Positions 37,435-52,463 of a stretch of 64,000 nt of DNA are shown here, piece by piece. Numbering within the stretch: the stretch's first letter is position 1; every line of letters starts with the position of its first letter. Origin of the DNA: Takakia lepidozioides (taxonomy: Eukaryota; Plantae; Bryophyta). The stretch covers positions 36,828,001 through 36,892,000 of the forward strand of contig CM060731.1 of assembly GCA_030704615.1 (NCBI GenBank). Direction: 5' to 3'. A program made the translations under genes and the position numbers. Below the pieces are notes generated by a model, which was not told the origin of the DNA, made no database searches, and saw nothing but the letters and a program-made list of their open reading frames with translations.

Positions 37435-40400
37435 GATGCTCCCGGCTCCTTGTCACCGTGTCTTCCTCCAAGAACTTCCTCCGATCACGTTGGATCGAGG
37501 ACTTGTGCTATCTCGCTCAGATATCGCGCTCACGATGCTTTGGCAAAGGTACAGGGTGCAGAGAAAGAGGCACGAAGAGAGCCACCGATAGGCTTCGTTA
37601 GGTTTTGTCCAGTGGACAAGATTTGGGGCCTGTTACTACCTGGCCCCAAATTTGCTTTGCTTTGTTCCCTGAGGTGGCGAGATTGGAGCGATGACTCAGC
37701 ACGTTGGAGACACTTCTCTTCAGTGGACAAAGCCAAGTCTGAAAGTGTGTAGCAGACAAAATCTGGTTTTTAACCAATCAGATTGCAAATTCGTTTTATT
37801 CGGTTGCTAGTAAGGAACGGCCTTAGTGTCAAAAGAAAAGGTGGCAAAGGGTGCAGATTTTGTAGTCAAGGGTGGAAAAAGCTGCAGGCCTGTAAGTAGG
37901 GGTTAAGGGTGGAAAATGTCTTGGTGATCATGTTCCTTTTTGTCCACTACTTGGTGTGAAAACGTTATAAAGCTCGTCTGTTGGGTTCTCGCAATTTCTC
38001 GCAATTTTTGATGGCATGGCATTTGTGAAGCGGCCGAAACAGTGGACAAACGTTGTTTTCGAGTGTTTTGTCCGGTCGCTAATCTGGAAAGGACCTTAGA
38101 CTCTGCTAAGATCTACAAATCTGCACCCATGACCACCTTTTTATTTTGTACTAAGACTATGATAATATCTCCGCAACTTGACCTTTCAATCATGTTCCTG
38201 ACTATATCTATCAGCTTCACCTCTAATTTCATGATATTTTTCTATAAAAATTGGAATTTTATAACCTTTTTTTGAGCATGAAAATATATTTTATTTATTT
38301 ATTTAATATTTTACAACCGTTGTAAAATATGAAAACAAATCACAAATCTTATCAAAATTCCTAAATGGCTGATCCAATTGAACCCAATTTCCATCAGAAG
38401 ATATCTCATGATGTTGGGCAGCTTATCCTAATTTTCCAGACTTGTTGGAAAAGATTTGGATATACCTCCTTTGTAGTGCCGGTTAGGAGTCAAAACATTG
38501 CATCTTTAGGATTTTGCCACCTTTTTAATTTTAAGAAAAATTTGTTGTTTAAAAAACGGAACGGTCCCAATTCTTCAATCAAGTCGGGAAGGTCCTCACA
38601 AATTTTTGATTGATTCCGTCCATGTAATCCCTCTCGAATGGGGTTTGCACTAATCCATTGTTTCTTAAGGCTTGTACAATGGGTCATGGGTCACGCCATG
38701 CCGTGCAAGAAACCCCAATCCACTTTGCCCTTCTCATGTTCATTTCTCTCACTTGCCAGACAGACGTTTGCATTGGAATAGACACTCTAATAGAGTAGAT
38801 CTTCATGTAGATATTACGGCTTTGGATTCCCATGAGAATCCGTCGAGAACTTTGTTAAAGTGAAACCATGAGGCCAAGCTTAGGCCATTAGGAGTTAACT
38901 CTTTTAGATCACTATAGTAGTTGTAATGTGGGTAATCATTCTTTGACTTGTTGTTACGATTTGTCAACAAAAAAAAACTCGAAATACTGTTTGGATCCAG
39001 TGTTGAGTAGTACATCGAGCATCCCATTTTCGATGTTTAAACTACTAAACCAGAATCGTACACAAATAACGTCACAACAAGAGCATCGACCATCAGCAAT
39101 TCCTTAGGGCATCGAGTCTAATGGCGACATTGGATCAATGAATCATCCGTCACAATGAACTACGGTATAAATGTTTAGTCGAGAAATAGAGATGATGGAA
39201 CGCACAAATGAATACATGGATATTTGAAACATTTTGCCTCGTATATTTCGAAGCCATAGATTGCAATCTAGCTTTTGTCATTAGTTTCAACTCCTTGAGT
39301 TGCATCTGCTTTAGTTGCTAGACTCTAGAGAAATGCTTATAACTAGTTCATGATTAGAAGATTGTCTCTAATTGTTCAAATCTTTCGTATGGATTGACAG
39401 TTTATTTACCAACCCTGTTCCAATATGTGATTTGACTAGCAAGAGCATCTATGCCAGTGACACAGTCAAAACTATTAGAGTTGGTATCCAAGTTGCTTGT
39501 ATTTTGGAAGCACTAGTCAGTGGTGAGGGGGGGAAGGCTGCAGTGGAGGATGCACATTTCAGAGAAGATGATAACTTTGGTCTGGTATGATAAGAAATGT
39601 GCTCATTTACTTTTTATTACTGTGAGCCCTGTTGATGAGTATTGTTTTCTTAGCCGCTGACATAGTGGTGTACATCTTATGCCACCTCTCCTCTTCTGAA
39701 ATAATATTATGCGGGGAGTGGATGTCCAAGACTAATTGCATGGATACTACAATATAAAAACTTGTGACCACAAAGTGGTGGCACAAACTATATTTCTATT
39801 AATTGAACACCAGCTTGATCAATGGATTTTATGGTAATTTTAAAAAAAAAATCTTTAAACCACTAAATTATCCAAGTCGACATATTAACAGCCACATGGA
39901 GTGCATGCCTGGAAATTTAAAAAACAAAAATCATTTTCTTGATTTTAAGAAAATTAAAAATGTTTGTTTTTTTTTAAATAAATTTTAATAAAATCAAGAC
40001 CACCAAAATTGGTGGTCCCAATTTAAATATACAATTGCCACCGCCAACCCGTCACGGTTTATTTCTTCCTTTGGTGTTTTGGCATCATATCTTATCTTTG
40101 CTTGTGCAATGGCCTTTATGATGTCCGCTTATATACGAATCAAACAATTGTCATAAACATTCACTTATGGACCAATTTATGTAATTCCAAAGGACAAGTA
40201 ATGCACAAAGGAACAAGGTTAGGATACTCATGTGCATTAGAACCTCAATCATTGCCTCTTGTGTCATGGTATACCATGTTCCTTGGCCAAAGATTTGTCG
40301 TAATGGCGTTTTGTGAGGAACCATTTGTACTGCTCTATAGGGCTTGTACCGATCATATGAATGTACCAAAGATTGTGTATGTCTTCGGTCTTCACAAATG

Positions 40401-40499
40401 TCTTCTCATTAATACTGCAACCAACACAAGCACGTCTAAACCACAGACATAATCAAGGTGAAATTGGAATTCTTTCCTATTTGAAAGTCAAGTGTGCAA

Positions 40500-40950
40500 T
40501 ATGTCAGCTAACTTATGTGTTTGTTTGGAACATAACAACTTTGAGCATGCCGATTATGTTGGCATGACATCGCAGTATTTTTTATTGTACTCGCACATGC
40601 CAATGCTTCTCTTTTCTCTTCAAGGTATTGATCAATTTGAACCAGGTGTCCAAACGGTGATTACCATCCCACACGTAGATCATTTGATTTTTTAACCATG
40701 ACCATCTGCCTCACACTCTGTGTCAATTTCCTTACTAACATTTTGCCAGTGTGCACTCCACCCTGCTCGAATGTCATATGTCACCAACGCAAGATTCTCC
40801 ATCTCATCTGTAGGTGTCAAATAAAAATATCTATGCCTTTCCACATATCCATTCGTTAGGAAATAGTCTTTCAAAGCATCTCATGCACTCTCCCCAACAA
40901 TGGGCCGAATTTGTGGATTTACAATCATCCTGCAAAGAGGCACTTTAGGA
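40500..40950 (-). pseudogene. Degenerate ORF with a ParB/Srx-like 'VWDGNHR' motif, probably transposon-borne
   Basis: Joined across stops and frameshifts: KVPLCRMIVNPQIRPI...DYFLTNGYVERHRYFYL...WSAHWQ...MIYVWDGNHRLDTWFKLI...HWHVRV. Confidence 0.5.
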
Positions 40951-41179
40951 GGCAAGATAGTTTTGTACTTATTGCAAGTTTGTTCACCACGGATCATTGT
41001 AGATTCCTTGCGTTGTGGTCGCAACCTGTAGCTGCTTCATTGGCATCGCCCTATTCCAACACCTCCTCCGTTGCAGATGCAAGCCCATCGGGAAGCATTT
41101 GCAAAGGCATACAGTCTTTGTAATATTGAAGGTATAGCCCCTAGAAAACTGAAGGTCGATAGAGACTATTTTATTTTAA

Positions 41180-42130
41180 AATAAAAAAAATCGGGATCGA
41201 CAGTCGAGCACTCATGGATTGTTAGCGATTCGCAGGCGGTCCCAAATTATTATTGTTAAGAAAAAGCATAAAATCGGGACCGTCGGGCCAACGCACTTGG
41301 TTTACTGGCGGTTCACGGGCGGTCCTAATTTTTTTCTAATCAAAATGAAAATTAAATCGGGCCGCCATTGTGTTGGTCCTGAATTATCATAATTGTTTAA
41401 AAAAAAATTAGGACCGCCAGGCCAGCTCTTTTTGGCTGTCCGTCGGCTGGTGGTCCCAACTTAAAAAAAAAAAAACAATTGATACGAATCACCATTATGG
41501 CATTCATGCATTATTTGAATGAATTAAATAAAAATGACAACCCCTAAACTTGCACTTGTGGTTGGCTGGCGATCCCCAAATTCTTTTAATAAAAAAAACT
41601 TAATCTAGGGCTATCTCATATTATCTTTAAAAATTGAAAACAAACTTGGACCGCTAGAGCCACGTTTGTGGTTGGCTGGCGGTCCTCTCGCGATCCGGAT
41701 TAATGTTTTACAGCATAATCAATTCGGTCGTCCATTATGGCTGTTCCAAATTATTTAAAAAATAAATAAAAACAAATCAGGACTACCAAGCCAATGCTTA
41801 TGTTTGGCTGGCGGTCTTGATTGTTTATTAAATAAGGTTTAGTTCGGACCGCCATTGTTGTGGTCTCGAATTATTTTCAAAAATTGTAAAAAAAATAAAA
41901 ACGGGGCCACCAGGCCGACGTTTGTGGTTGGCTGGCGCTCCCGATTTGTTTTTAGAAAATGTAAGAATAAATCTGGACCGCCATTGTTGTGTTCAATTTT
42001 ATTGCTAAAAATTATAACAAAAATCGAGATCGTGAAGCCAGCGATTGTGGTTGGCTGGATGTCCCAATTTATTAAAATAAAATAAAAAATAAAATAAAAA
42101 AATATTCTTATCGATGTTGACTACAACAAA
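41180..42130. repeat. Array of short GC-rich motifs (GGTTGGCTGGCGGTCC, GGACCGCCATTG) separated by A/T tracts; CACTA-type subterminal repeats
   Basis: The motifs recur many times in both orientations. A degenerate CACTA-like end, GACTACAACAAA, is at ~42119. Confidence 0.6.
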
Positions 42131-42550
42131 TGATCCAAAATATTTATTATTGTTATTATTTTGAGTAAATTAAAATCGTCATGTTTTCAAATGATCCGAA
42201 ATATTTATTATTATTATTTTGAATAAATTAAAATCGACATTTTTTAATGTCATTTGAGGCCATATGAGAAAACGTCCTTTTAGTCTGTTGGTCACACTTT
42301 CTAGAGCTGGAATAAGTTTTTTTTTTATCAACAAAATCACAATAATTCCATCATTCAATAAATCAACGCCCAATGGTCCACATGCCATTGGCATCATGGG
42401 ATCTTCCCCTGTCTATCATGAACTTGAAATCTTCATAGATTTATAAGGCATTCACCTCTTCGAGATGACTTCATTTCAATCAATTTCCAATAATCAAAAC
42501 AATGTTTGGTAAAACAATAACTTCACATACATAAATGGAAAAAGTGAGGG

Positions 42551-43830
42551 TGTGACAACCTTCCAATGTAAGAGTGCTTGAGATTATCTGTAAGGCAACA
42601 CCAGGTTCCACGATCTGCAGGCACGAAAAATTAGCTAATTGTCGGGAGAGAGGGGAAAGACGATGCAGGCAAGAAATGGGCGCAAATGGGTGACTCCTTC
42701 ATAAATTTCCAAAGGGCTTCAAGGCCAACAATGAACTAGGACTCTTGCCTTAGCTCTCAAAACATCTTCCTAAACTAGCTTCAAGCTCCACTCCCTAGGA
42801 CCTAGATCTCATCTTGCAAAACTAACAAGACAACACTACAATAAGCAAGATGAAAACTATACACTGAAGCTAGGTGAAGAACCAAGGGGCTTGGTCCTCA
42901 TTATATATTGTTTTTGGGCCTAAAAAACTAATGAGAAATAATGTTAAATTATAATAACCTTGAAAGGTTTATAGTTTAAAATCCATAATATGAAATAAAC
43001 TAATAATTTGGATGGAAAATCTTAAAGGCAAATGATATATGCCATTTCATCCATCCCTTGGATGGCTAGATGGCGCTAGTTATCATTTTCATCCATCCAA
43101 CCTCCAGAGCGAATTTATCATCTTCATCCCATGGATGAAATAGAAAATCAATTAATCGGCTTCTGTGAGTGCCATTGGCTTGATAATTTGTTGGCATCGT
43201 TCATTTCCTCCATAAATCACCAACTTGGTGACAAATTATGATTAGACAACCCGTAGATGCCCGCAAACTCACCGGGTGATCGGGGATAAAAAGATGTTTC
43301 AATCACCGATTTTCGTGGTTTCTATATGAAATTGCTTCTTGCTGGGGGTCTTTGCTTGCTTCCTAGGGGTCTTTGGCCCTACCACTTGGTCATAGATCTT
43401 CCTGGAGTCTACTCCCCATCTCTTGCATCGTTGGAAGCCATTGTCGCACCTTGAAGCCGAAGCGTATCGCCTATTGTCCCGATATTGCTGCATCCTGCTT
43501 CTTTGCATATTTCATCATTGTACAAACTACTTCTATAATTGCCAAGACTTCTCCCGCGTGAGCCTACTGGACTTGGGAGTGGGGAGAATAGACAAATCGC
43601 AACATATGTTTAAAATAGCCGCCTTGCATGTTCGACCAGATCAACCTTGTCATCACTAATATCCATTTGGCAGCCTATCCTGCTGTCGATGCAACTTCTT
43701 ATGGTCATCTTGACGCCAAAGTTCTTCTCCATGGTTGTCTAAGACTCTGTCTAAGTTCCTAATGACTTCCCAATAACTAACAATTTGTCCTGTTTTGGCA
43801 GCATAATGCCGAAACTGCCTGTCTTGAGAT
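42551..43830. mobile_element. Probable degenerate LTR-retrotransposon fragment
   Basis: Begins TGTGACA with LTR-like composition, followed by stop-ridden coding-like sequence. No diagnostic domain was recognised. Confidence 0.3.
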
Positions 43831-44362
43831 TAAAAACAATCTGAAAAGAAAAATGTACCATTATATGCATCTACACCCCCCTTCTCCCTACCCACTGCAT
43901 GCCCTCCCCAAAGGCAATGCCCACCATTACCACTCCCATTCCCCCACCCCCCATTCCCCATTCCTACAAATTTATTAGCTCTGTTGCTCTTCCAACCATC
44001 CCCTGCCCCGAGGACCATCTTCAGAGGTGTCATCTCCACCTTCTTCTGCTGCAGGCTCAGTGACAGTCCGCCGAAATCGCGAATCTTTCTGCAAAACAAC
44101 CTTTCATCCCCCACAGTTATTGTCATCTTAAAGAAAACTTCATCGACTATCATTTTCTCCAAAGACAATCTTCATGACATTCTCCATGAGATTTTTTTCA
44201 CAATGCATAACGTCAAGCGTGTGACGAATAAACACATCCTGCATTAAAAAAACCCACACCCACATCAGAACACACATGTTGTAAGGAAGAAGAGGAGGAA
44301 GAGCACACAACAAGGTACATAACCATTGTATTATTTTGTGAATAACAAAAATAAAGTTTCAT

Positions 44363-44915
44363 TCATACCTTCCAATACGGGAGGTCCCACAAAATCGACC
44401 TCATCTTCACACCATGATGCTTGGAATGGTAGTTCTCCGACGCTGAACTCCCGTCTGCTTCGAGATAACTCTCTGTCTCACGGGCCCTCTCCAAAATCTG
44501 ATCTGGAGTTACAGGGGGAGGGGGATTGCGCCTCTCTATAGTGCCATCAATGTGATGTCGCCCTGCCCTTTTGTAAGGATGATATGGCCGCGTGTACCGC
44601 CGACGACCAAAGTAAATATTTATGTCAAAGGGGAGAGTATACCTGGAGTCTAGTTCAGGCCCACAAATGGGGCAGGCTTTGTAAACCTTTGAAGAACATC
44701 CAGAAATCAGCCCATACACCAAATAATCATGGATTGTCCACATAAGAAGTGCTTTCATCTGGAACTGCATGTCAGTCATGGCTTTGGTTGCATCATACAC
44801 GAGACCCGGGCTTCCCATAATTGTAATAATTCCTCTACTAAAAGCTGCATGTACGTGTCAATGTTTTCATCGTCAACACTGGTTTTAGGTGTCGATAATA
44901 TAATTTTTGAGGGGT
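44363..44915 (-). mobile_element. CACTA/En-Spm transposase (TnpD/Tnp2, Transposase_21) fragment
   Basis: NIDTYMQLLVEELLQLW / FQMKALLMWTIHDY..YGLISG...YKACPIC...RRY...HPY...SILWDLPYWK are typical Tnp2 motifs. Confidence 0.88.
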
Positions 44916-45925
44916 AAAAAAGTGTGACACGTAAATAAATTAAATTAAATTTCAGTCAATTGAAAAGGCTGTCACGGTCGCCCGAATTCTATATATATAT
45001 ACATGGATGCTCGGCAGTCGCCTATCATCGGACAGTTTTCCGAATTTGTTTTAAAAAAAGACCATCGTCACATGTCGGTTGTCCGTCGTTAGACAATCGC
45101 ACGAACTGAATTTTGTTTTTTAAATAAAAATAAAAAACAGCTTCGTCCGGCGGTCGCCCAACTATTGTTCGACCATTGCCATCGCCCAGCATTCGCCTAA
45201 AAAAAACAAAAAAAAAACCCCTCCCCGTCACCCGGAGCCAGACAGTCGGAAGCTTATTAAAATTTTAAAATATTTTTAAAAAAAAAAAACGTCATGTGTG
45301 CAATACACGTAAAGACGTCACCTCGACAATGGAATAAATTAGGTCACGTGAAAGTTTTAAAAAACAAATACTCGATGTAAAGTCAGTTTTGGACATATCA
45401 TGATGCACACGACGTGACGCTGACGTGTTTGTGGCACATCACGCACCAAAAAATAGAGATATCTCGGTTTGTGTTACAATATAGAACGGTAAATCTCTTA
45501 CCAATTATTACAGCAAATTTCCCAAAAAGTACCCCATATGTTTTGACCAACCATCCAGGGCTGTAGTCTTCGTCAAATGGCCTAATTTTTCACCGGCAAC
45601 TACAACACCTCATGTAGATGAAAAGTTGGATCCACCAACCTCATCAACTTCTAATTCGTCATCCAAATCTACAAAAAATCAAATGTTTGCAACGAACACC
45701 TGGAAAAAAATTGGGTCCTACCTGCAATAGTGGCGTTTTTGTAGATGTGGTCCGATTGGCCCCAATTTTGGCATGCAGATGTAGGAGGTAGGTGACCACA
45801 ATTTTCCGATCAAATTTTTAGAATTATAAAAAATGACAAAATTACGAGCCATTTTACAGCAATGGGTCAATTTTTCAATGGAAAGTCAAACTATTTTGCG
45901 GACATTCATCAACAAGAAAATTCCC

Positions 45926-45927
<2 letters not shown>

Positions 45928-45982
<55 letters not shown>
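45928..45982. repeat. (GA)n microsatellite
   Basis: About 27 uninterrupted AG units. Confidence 0.98.
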
Positions 45983-45985
<3 letters not shown>

Positions 45986-46608
45986 CTTTGGCCGAAACCG
46001 GCGTAATTAAGAGTCACTTCGTCTTGCGGCTACTGCCCCATTTCGGGGGTGGGCCCTATGAAAAGAAGCGAACGTCCAGGGGACGCCATGGGACCTAGGG
46101 AGAGTGGAACTGGTGGTGTCTGGAGGATACCCAAGGTATTAAGGGTAATAAAGGTACCCGGGGTTATCTAGGGAGTTGAAGAGCTATGGGATTCAAGTTG
46201 ACGTTTGTTGGTAATATTAGCTGTGAAAGAACGGAGTGTCGTGAGAAGTATAAGCTTTGAAGCATTTGTGTATATGGGAAATAGGGATTTTAAAGTTATT
46301 GTGAAGGGCAGAGATACTCACGTTGTGAAAAATTCCCTAACATTTTGGATTTCCAGACAGTAATCCTTGGAAATCCGACTTCCAATGAGACGCTCCACAT
46401 AAGCACCATGTCACATTGCTTTCTTTTATCATTCATCCCATGTGGTAGGTGAGGGTGTCAGTTTATGATCCCCCAACCAATCAGCTAATCGCAGTTGTTT
46501 CCACTGCCGCTCGTGTGGTAGGGCCTAGGTCACAACTATCTTAACGCTTAATTAAGTAAAATGGACTAAAAATAGTTTGGACCGTATCCCTTAAAAGATG
46601 AGACCTAT

Positions 46609-47157
46609 CACTACAACAAATCCTGATTTTTATCACTCCAGTTATGACTGCGATTTCAGCCATAACTGTCAAATATGACTACATGACTATGCAGTCACCA
46701 AAACCATGTCATCTCGGACATCCTATCATATATGTCACCAAGACATATATTACAGTCAGGTATGTATTTGCTTACATGGCACTTACATATGGATATGTAT
46801 TGTTGCGCCGCGTTTTAATTGTATATAACAATATATTATACACACCAAATGACCAAATCCCCAGTAGTTCTCATGACTATGTAACCTCATCCATATACAC
46901 TGTAGTCATGCAAATGACTACGAGTGGTGAGCTAGATCTGGTCAATTGCCGTTGACCAACCTTCCGCCCATTCCGGAACCACGTAGTCATACATTTGACA
47001 ATTTTGACAGTCGTTCATATTACAGTCATATCTGTAATCATATGAAAGATTGAAGGAGATTAATTTCAAATAAAAACAGTGTACAGTTATGGTCAAAATC
47101 ATGAAAACCATGACTACCGGGGGTTGGTAATGATAAATATCGTGATCTATTGTAGTG
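46609..47157. mobile_element. Non-autonomous CACTA element, ~550 bp
   Basis: TIRs CACTACAACAAATCCTGATTTTTATCA and TGATAAATATCGTGATCTATTGTAGTG, with many internal ATGACT/AGTCAT subterminal motifs. The 3-bp TSD is not preserved (TAT vs TTG). Confidence 0.85.
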
Positions 47158-49060
47158 TTGTCTGTACCAATGGACTTGCGGTCCCGTCAGTTCACTCGCC
47201 GACTTTTGACGGCTTGCACATGTCACGTGTGCACTAATAGGTCAACGTTCTGGACACCCCTAATCCATGCAAATTTAGGTATATCCCGAGCTTTAAAAAA
47301 ATTCCCTACATCGCAGCTTTGATTAATTTTGAGTGTCGTAAATTTATGCACATGCTTGAAGACAACCCGCACACGTTGCTTCAGGGATTTTTTTCATCCA
47401 ACCTCATCCATGGATTATTTGTCGTGGATAAAAAACAACGTGACCCGATTCGAGTCGCATCGTCGTTTAGGGGTTAAGGATATGACTATGCATTCATTTG
47501 GGTCTAAAAGTTACAATAGAAGTATTTTAGACTAAAAATAGCTAGGAAGAAAATAAATGTACATTTACTTAGAGTATAATTATTCTAATGATAAAAGTAG
47601 CTTATTTCTATGTAAATATCATGACGTACATGACTATCGTGTAATTTACACCTTTTTATTGTCTGATGAAACGTCATCACATAATTTTCAGGATCTTAGA
47701 CCTAATACCGATTTATACTAGTTTTCTTTCCATTCAATAAAAAGAAATGTCGTCCAAAGTGGTAGCTCATCTTCTTGTAAATTTGGTTTTTTTTTCTGAA
47801 CATCCTCAAACAATTTCTTTTTATTTACAACTTTCTGGACCATGAAGCGGTTGAGCAACAAGTTTGGATCATTCTTCTTTGGCGTGATACATCTTAATAT
47901 AAGAAGACGTACTTGATATGGGAAGTAGAGATAGAGAATACTTCGGTCGAAGCCGGCGCAATTTGCTAGAGTCACTTCATCCAAGTGTTTCTTTCATATA
48001 TTATACTTTTGGGTATTTTTGGCCATGTCTCACGGCACTATGACGGGTTTTATTAGTTTTCTTCTAATAATTTCAAGCTTGGTTATATTTTTGATTAATA
48101 TGAAATTTATTATAGGTAGTCACGGTATAATTATAATTATCATATAAACTATAAATGTATTTGTAACTGATATATAATATCAAATTTATTGTAGGTAGTC
48201 ACGGTATAATTATAATTATCATATAAATTGTAACTGAGCGCGTGTAAATTAGGGCCTACTTTTGTCTTATATTCTATTTCAAAACATTGGGACTTTATGA
48301 CCGTGTTATTGTGCTCACGCTTTTTTTTTTTATGCTCATGTGAGCTCTGCTCACAGATGTGCTCACGTTCTACCGGCCCCCTCGTGTTGAAGGTTGTTAA
48401 GTAGGGATATGATACGAATTATATGTACATGAAGTGTTACACAAGTAGTGGGAGTGTTAGGAGCTCAGGAGGCTTCATGAAAGACTACAATTGGAGGTGG
48501 GTGGAAAAGGGCATGATATATTGTATATGGACAGAAGCATTTTGGAAAAAATCATCATTCCATGGACATCATACTAGAAACCAAGTCCTGGTCCAAATCC
48601 AGGTTTTGAAATTGGAAAAATCTAGGTTTGGGTCTAGTAATTCTGGGAAAATCCGGGTGCGGGTCCGGGACATATTTGAACAACGGGGGTTGGCTCCGGG
48701 TAGTTGCTAGAAATATTAGCAAGTTCACGAGTTTGGGTCAGGGTCCTAATTAATTGATTAAATAATTTAGAAATTTGATATAAATTAGAAATAACTTTGT
48801 TTTCGGCTGGAAAAAAAACTGAATCCTAATGGCAAAATTTATTTCAGGACATATTCCTTCCATGAATATATATGGCTCTTTCGCAAATGACACAAGCATT
48901 AGAATAGAATTCCTTTTTTAGGACCACTCAGATTTGGAGACGACAAACAAGCATAACAGCATTTGTCCCCCTTCCACTAATCGCATAATGTGGAAATCCA
49001 ATGAAAAATGGAACTTGACAGCATTTCAAATAAGAATAATCATTGGAAATAGTATAATAA

Positions 49061-49066
49061 CCCACC

Positions 49067-49120
<54 letters not shown>
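49061..49120. repeat. Poly-C tract followed by (CA)n microsatellite
   Basis: Seen directly in the sequence. Confidence 0.97.
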
Positions 49121-49121
<1 letters not shown>

Positions 49122-52100
49122 TATACATACCTATATGTCTCATTTGGGGTTGGATTTTATATATATATTTTCAAAATGAAAGGGGAGCTTGCCCCTGCAA
49201 TGGACTTTTATTTTGTTATGAATAAAATTTGTAAATAATCATTTGGTCTGTTCCTGCTTCTTTGATTTGGCCATGGTAAAATGGGCAAGTTGAGTTTTCC
49301 ATAGGCCCACTATAGTCTATAGCCAATCAGAAGCCGACAAGTGCAATATATTACGCTTGGGAAGGGGCCTTGGAATGGGCCTCGCAACTGCCATAATGGT
49401 GGATTCTGAGGCGCCTCCGCCCTCCCCAAGCCCATTCCAAGGCTATTTGTTGCTCCTACCGAAGCAAGTGTAACATATGGTGTCTTTTTGGATTCTTTGG
49501 TGTCTCTTTGTAACACGACTATTCCGACCCTGAGAATAATATACGTCTATCCTCTATAGGGCACCACCTCTACAAGTCGAGATGCAGCAGGTAAAAGCTG
49601 CTTAGCCAATAGTGAGGTATCAAACGTAGAAGAGCAAGACTTCTAAAACACCAATCATCATCATTCATAAAGCATCAATAGTTGATCCAAACATGTCACA
49701 TGAGTTCAATTTATAAAACATCACCTCGAGAGCACAAGCTCCCATAGATTAAATAGGTAGAGCCAAGTTACACTAAGCAGCCAGGTAGCGGTCCAACATA
49801 GGACACCCAAATTACAATCCACCAGAGTCACACATTAGCGCCAACTAATGAGATTAGGTAATTATTGTTGGCATAACTAGACAATTAATACAAATCCCAG
49901 TATTAGCCTAGCAACTAACTCCTAACAACTTGTTCGCTTTATCATTACTACAGTGGATAGAGTGGCATCCAAGGCTTAGCCGAATCTCCGGCCCCACATA
50001 TGTAACGTCGACACAAATACCAAACTCCAGTGAGTTGAAGTAGCAGATGAAAATTACCAAACCTAGATCCTAAGTTAGCCCTTGCGTAATACTATGCATC
50101 CGACAGATGGATGAAAAAACCTAGGTGAGAAAACCTTACTCTGCAAGTTGAGTGAAAGACAAAGCCCACCGTATGAAAAACCGCAAGCATGAATCATGGT
50201 ACAAGTTGCTGCCAAGTGCTACCACAATTAGATCATTCCTAAAGACCCTCGAATGGTATAACATTAATGTAGGTGGATTAGTAACAATGCAGATCCACAC
50301 ATGGCAGCTCCACCTTCGTTGAATAGGAAATGACACGATTTTTTGGCATGAGAAACCAACAAGCTGCTACAAAAGCTTGCCTGCATTCAAGAGCATGTTG
50401 AAATTAGTACCACATTTCTCCCTCAACATTAATGCAGGTAAGATCGAAAACGAGCTTACAATGCACAAGTGAATCCACAAGCATAATAGTTTCCAAAAGA
50501 GGAACGGTATGGGGCTTCGACAACAAACGATATTGCCGACCCCGCATGACTTCTATAATAAGATAAGGCCGCTCCTCATTCCTTTTGGTAGACTTGGAAA
50601 TGATCTTTCCATGTTGCAATCGCACACAGACAGATTGCCCCTGCAAACATTCCCCTTAATAGCACACCCTGCCATTATAGTTCTTAGTTTGAGCAACCTG
50701 TAAAACCTCAATATTATGCTTAATATCATACTGTAACTTCTGACGTTTGACACCCATGTCAAGCAAAAAGGTATCCCAATCCACTAGCCGCTCAGTGACC
50801 ACTGTAGAAAGAGTCGTGATATCGTAAAGAGGCGTACGAGCACTTCTGCCATATATTGAATTCGAACGGTGAGTACTTCCAGGTGCTGGAGTGAACAGAG
50901 GTGCAGTAGCCAAAAATCAAGACTGGCAAGACAACTTCCCAGTCTCCAAGTAACGAGTCATTTTTCTCCAATAATGCACACATGGTCTTGTTAAACCGTC
51001 AGTCAACCCATTACATTGAGGGTGATAAGGAGTTGTAGTTCGATGACGTTTGACCCTAAATTGAAATAGATCATCTGCATAAGTTGATTACAAAACTTCA
51101 TCCTTTGGTCAGTCAGAATTTCAGTCTGAGAATAATCTCATTGAAGAAAAGCTGCTCCATTGCATCTGAAGCCTTGATAGCTAATGGTTGAACCTAACCC
51201 ACTTAGATAGGTAGTCTGTCGCTACTGCTATGTAGGAATGGCCCTTAATCGTGGTCTTGAGGGGTCCAACTAAACCTAGTAAATCCACCCTTGTAAATGA
51301 TAAACTCACCGGATGGACTGTAGAGGTAATGAAGCTCGAGCTCTAGGAAGCAAGGTTTTTGCATGACATGCTTGCAACGCAAATAGAGACAATGACTAAT
51401 ACATCCCGAGTGAGACCCTTCCAATGGTACTGTCCTTGGAGTCTCTTGATAGTTTTGGACACCTATAAATGTCCAGAAGCATGATATAACTCAAGTACTT
51501 ATGTAGGGACTGAGCTTTTATTGAGGACCTCCATAGCTTTCACATGACCATCCAAGACATGATTCAAGAACAACTTCCCATCGCCTTCCACATGGTAGGG
51601 ATAATGATAGTTCACATGTCGCTGAATTGTCTTGGCAATGCCTGGAAGATGACCTGAAGATGAGTGGTGGTCTTACACTTATGGAGTAGAGCTCCATATT
51701 GAAGCAGGTCCTCTATGTCTGCACTTAGCATGGCCCAAAAGTAGTGGGTTAGAACGAGAAGGAAGAAGTGTCTTCTTGTTATGTCCAATGTTTGAACTCT
51801 TGAACCACATCTTGAATCAGACCTAATGGAAGTAGAACATGGGCAGAAAAACTTGGCCCCAAGGGAGAAGAAAAGACCAGCAAACAAAATAGAAGAAGCT
51901 GAAAAGGAAACAGCGCATATGCCTAAGCGCCAATCAATTTATTGCCTACCCACAGCTCACATTGTAGGCACTTGAAAGACTCTTCATTGAACATCAAAGG
52001 TTATGAGATCCATGTCCCAACTTGGCAAAATAGAAGTAAGGAGCTCATCAAGCAAGTTCAAAAACAAAACTGCCTTGCTTAGCAACAGCTACATTCTTTC

Positions 52101-52463
52101 TCTGCTCTCGAGCCTCTGACTCGTTACACACCGGCTTACGGGCTTCAGTGATCGCAGTCTGCTCATAACACTCCACCCAGTATTTGAAGGAGTGTCAAGC
52201 GGTATTTCGACCTTGGGCTTTCTAACAGGTGGCTCGCATTCCTCACTAACTGTCAACTTAGGAGGCGTTCTATCTCTCACCACATTCAGAAAAACCGATT
52301 CAAACGTGTCATCTGTTTCTTCCCAATGAGTTGGGCTACTCGAGTTGGAGGCCATTGGCTTGGTGCTCTGTGCAATTAGATCTCTGCAAGTCTCGTACAT
52401 TCAAATTATAATCATAAGCCGAACTGTTGCGTACTGTGCTGGCGCCGCCATGGCCTCATTTAA

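Noticed and set aside
45862-46098. RE-repeat protein ORF
   Set aside because: It is the translation of the (GA)n microsatellite.
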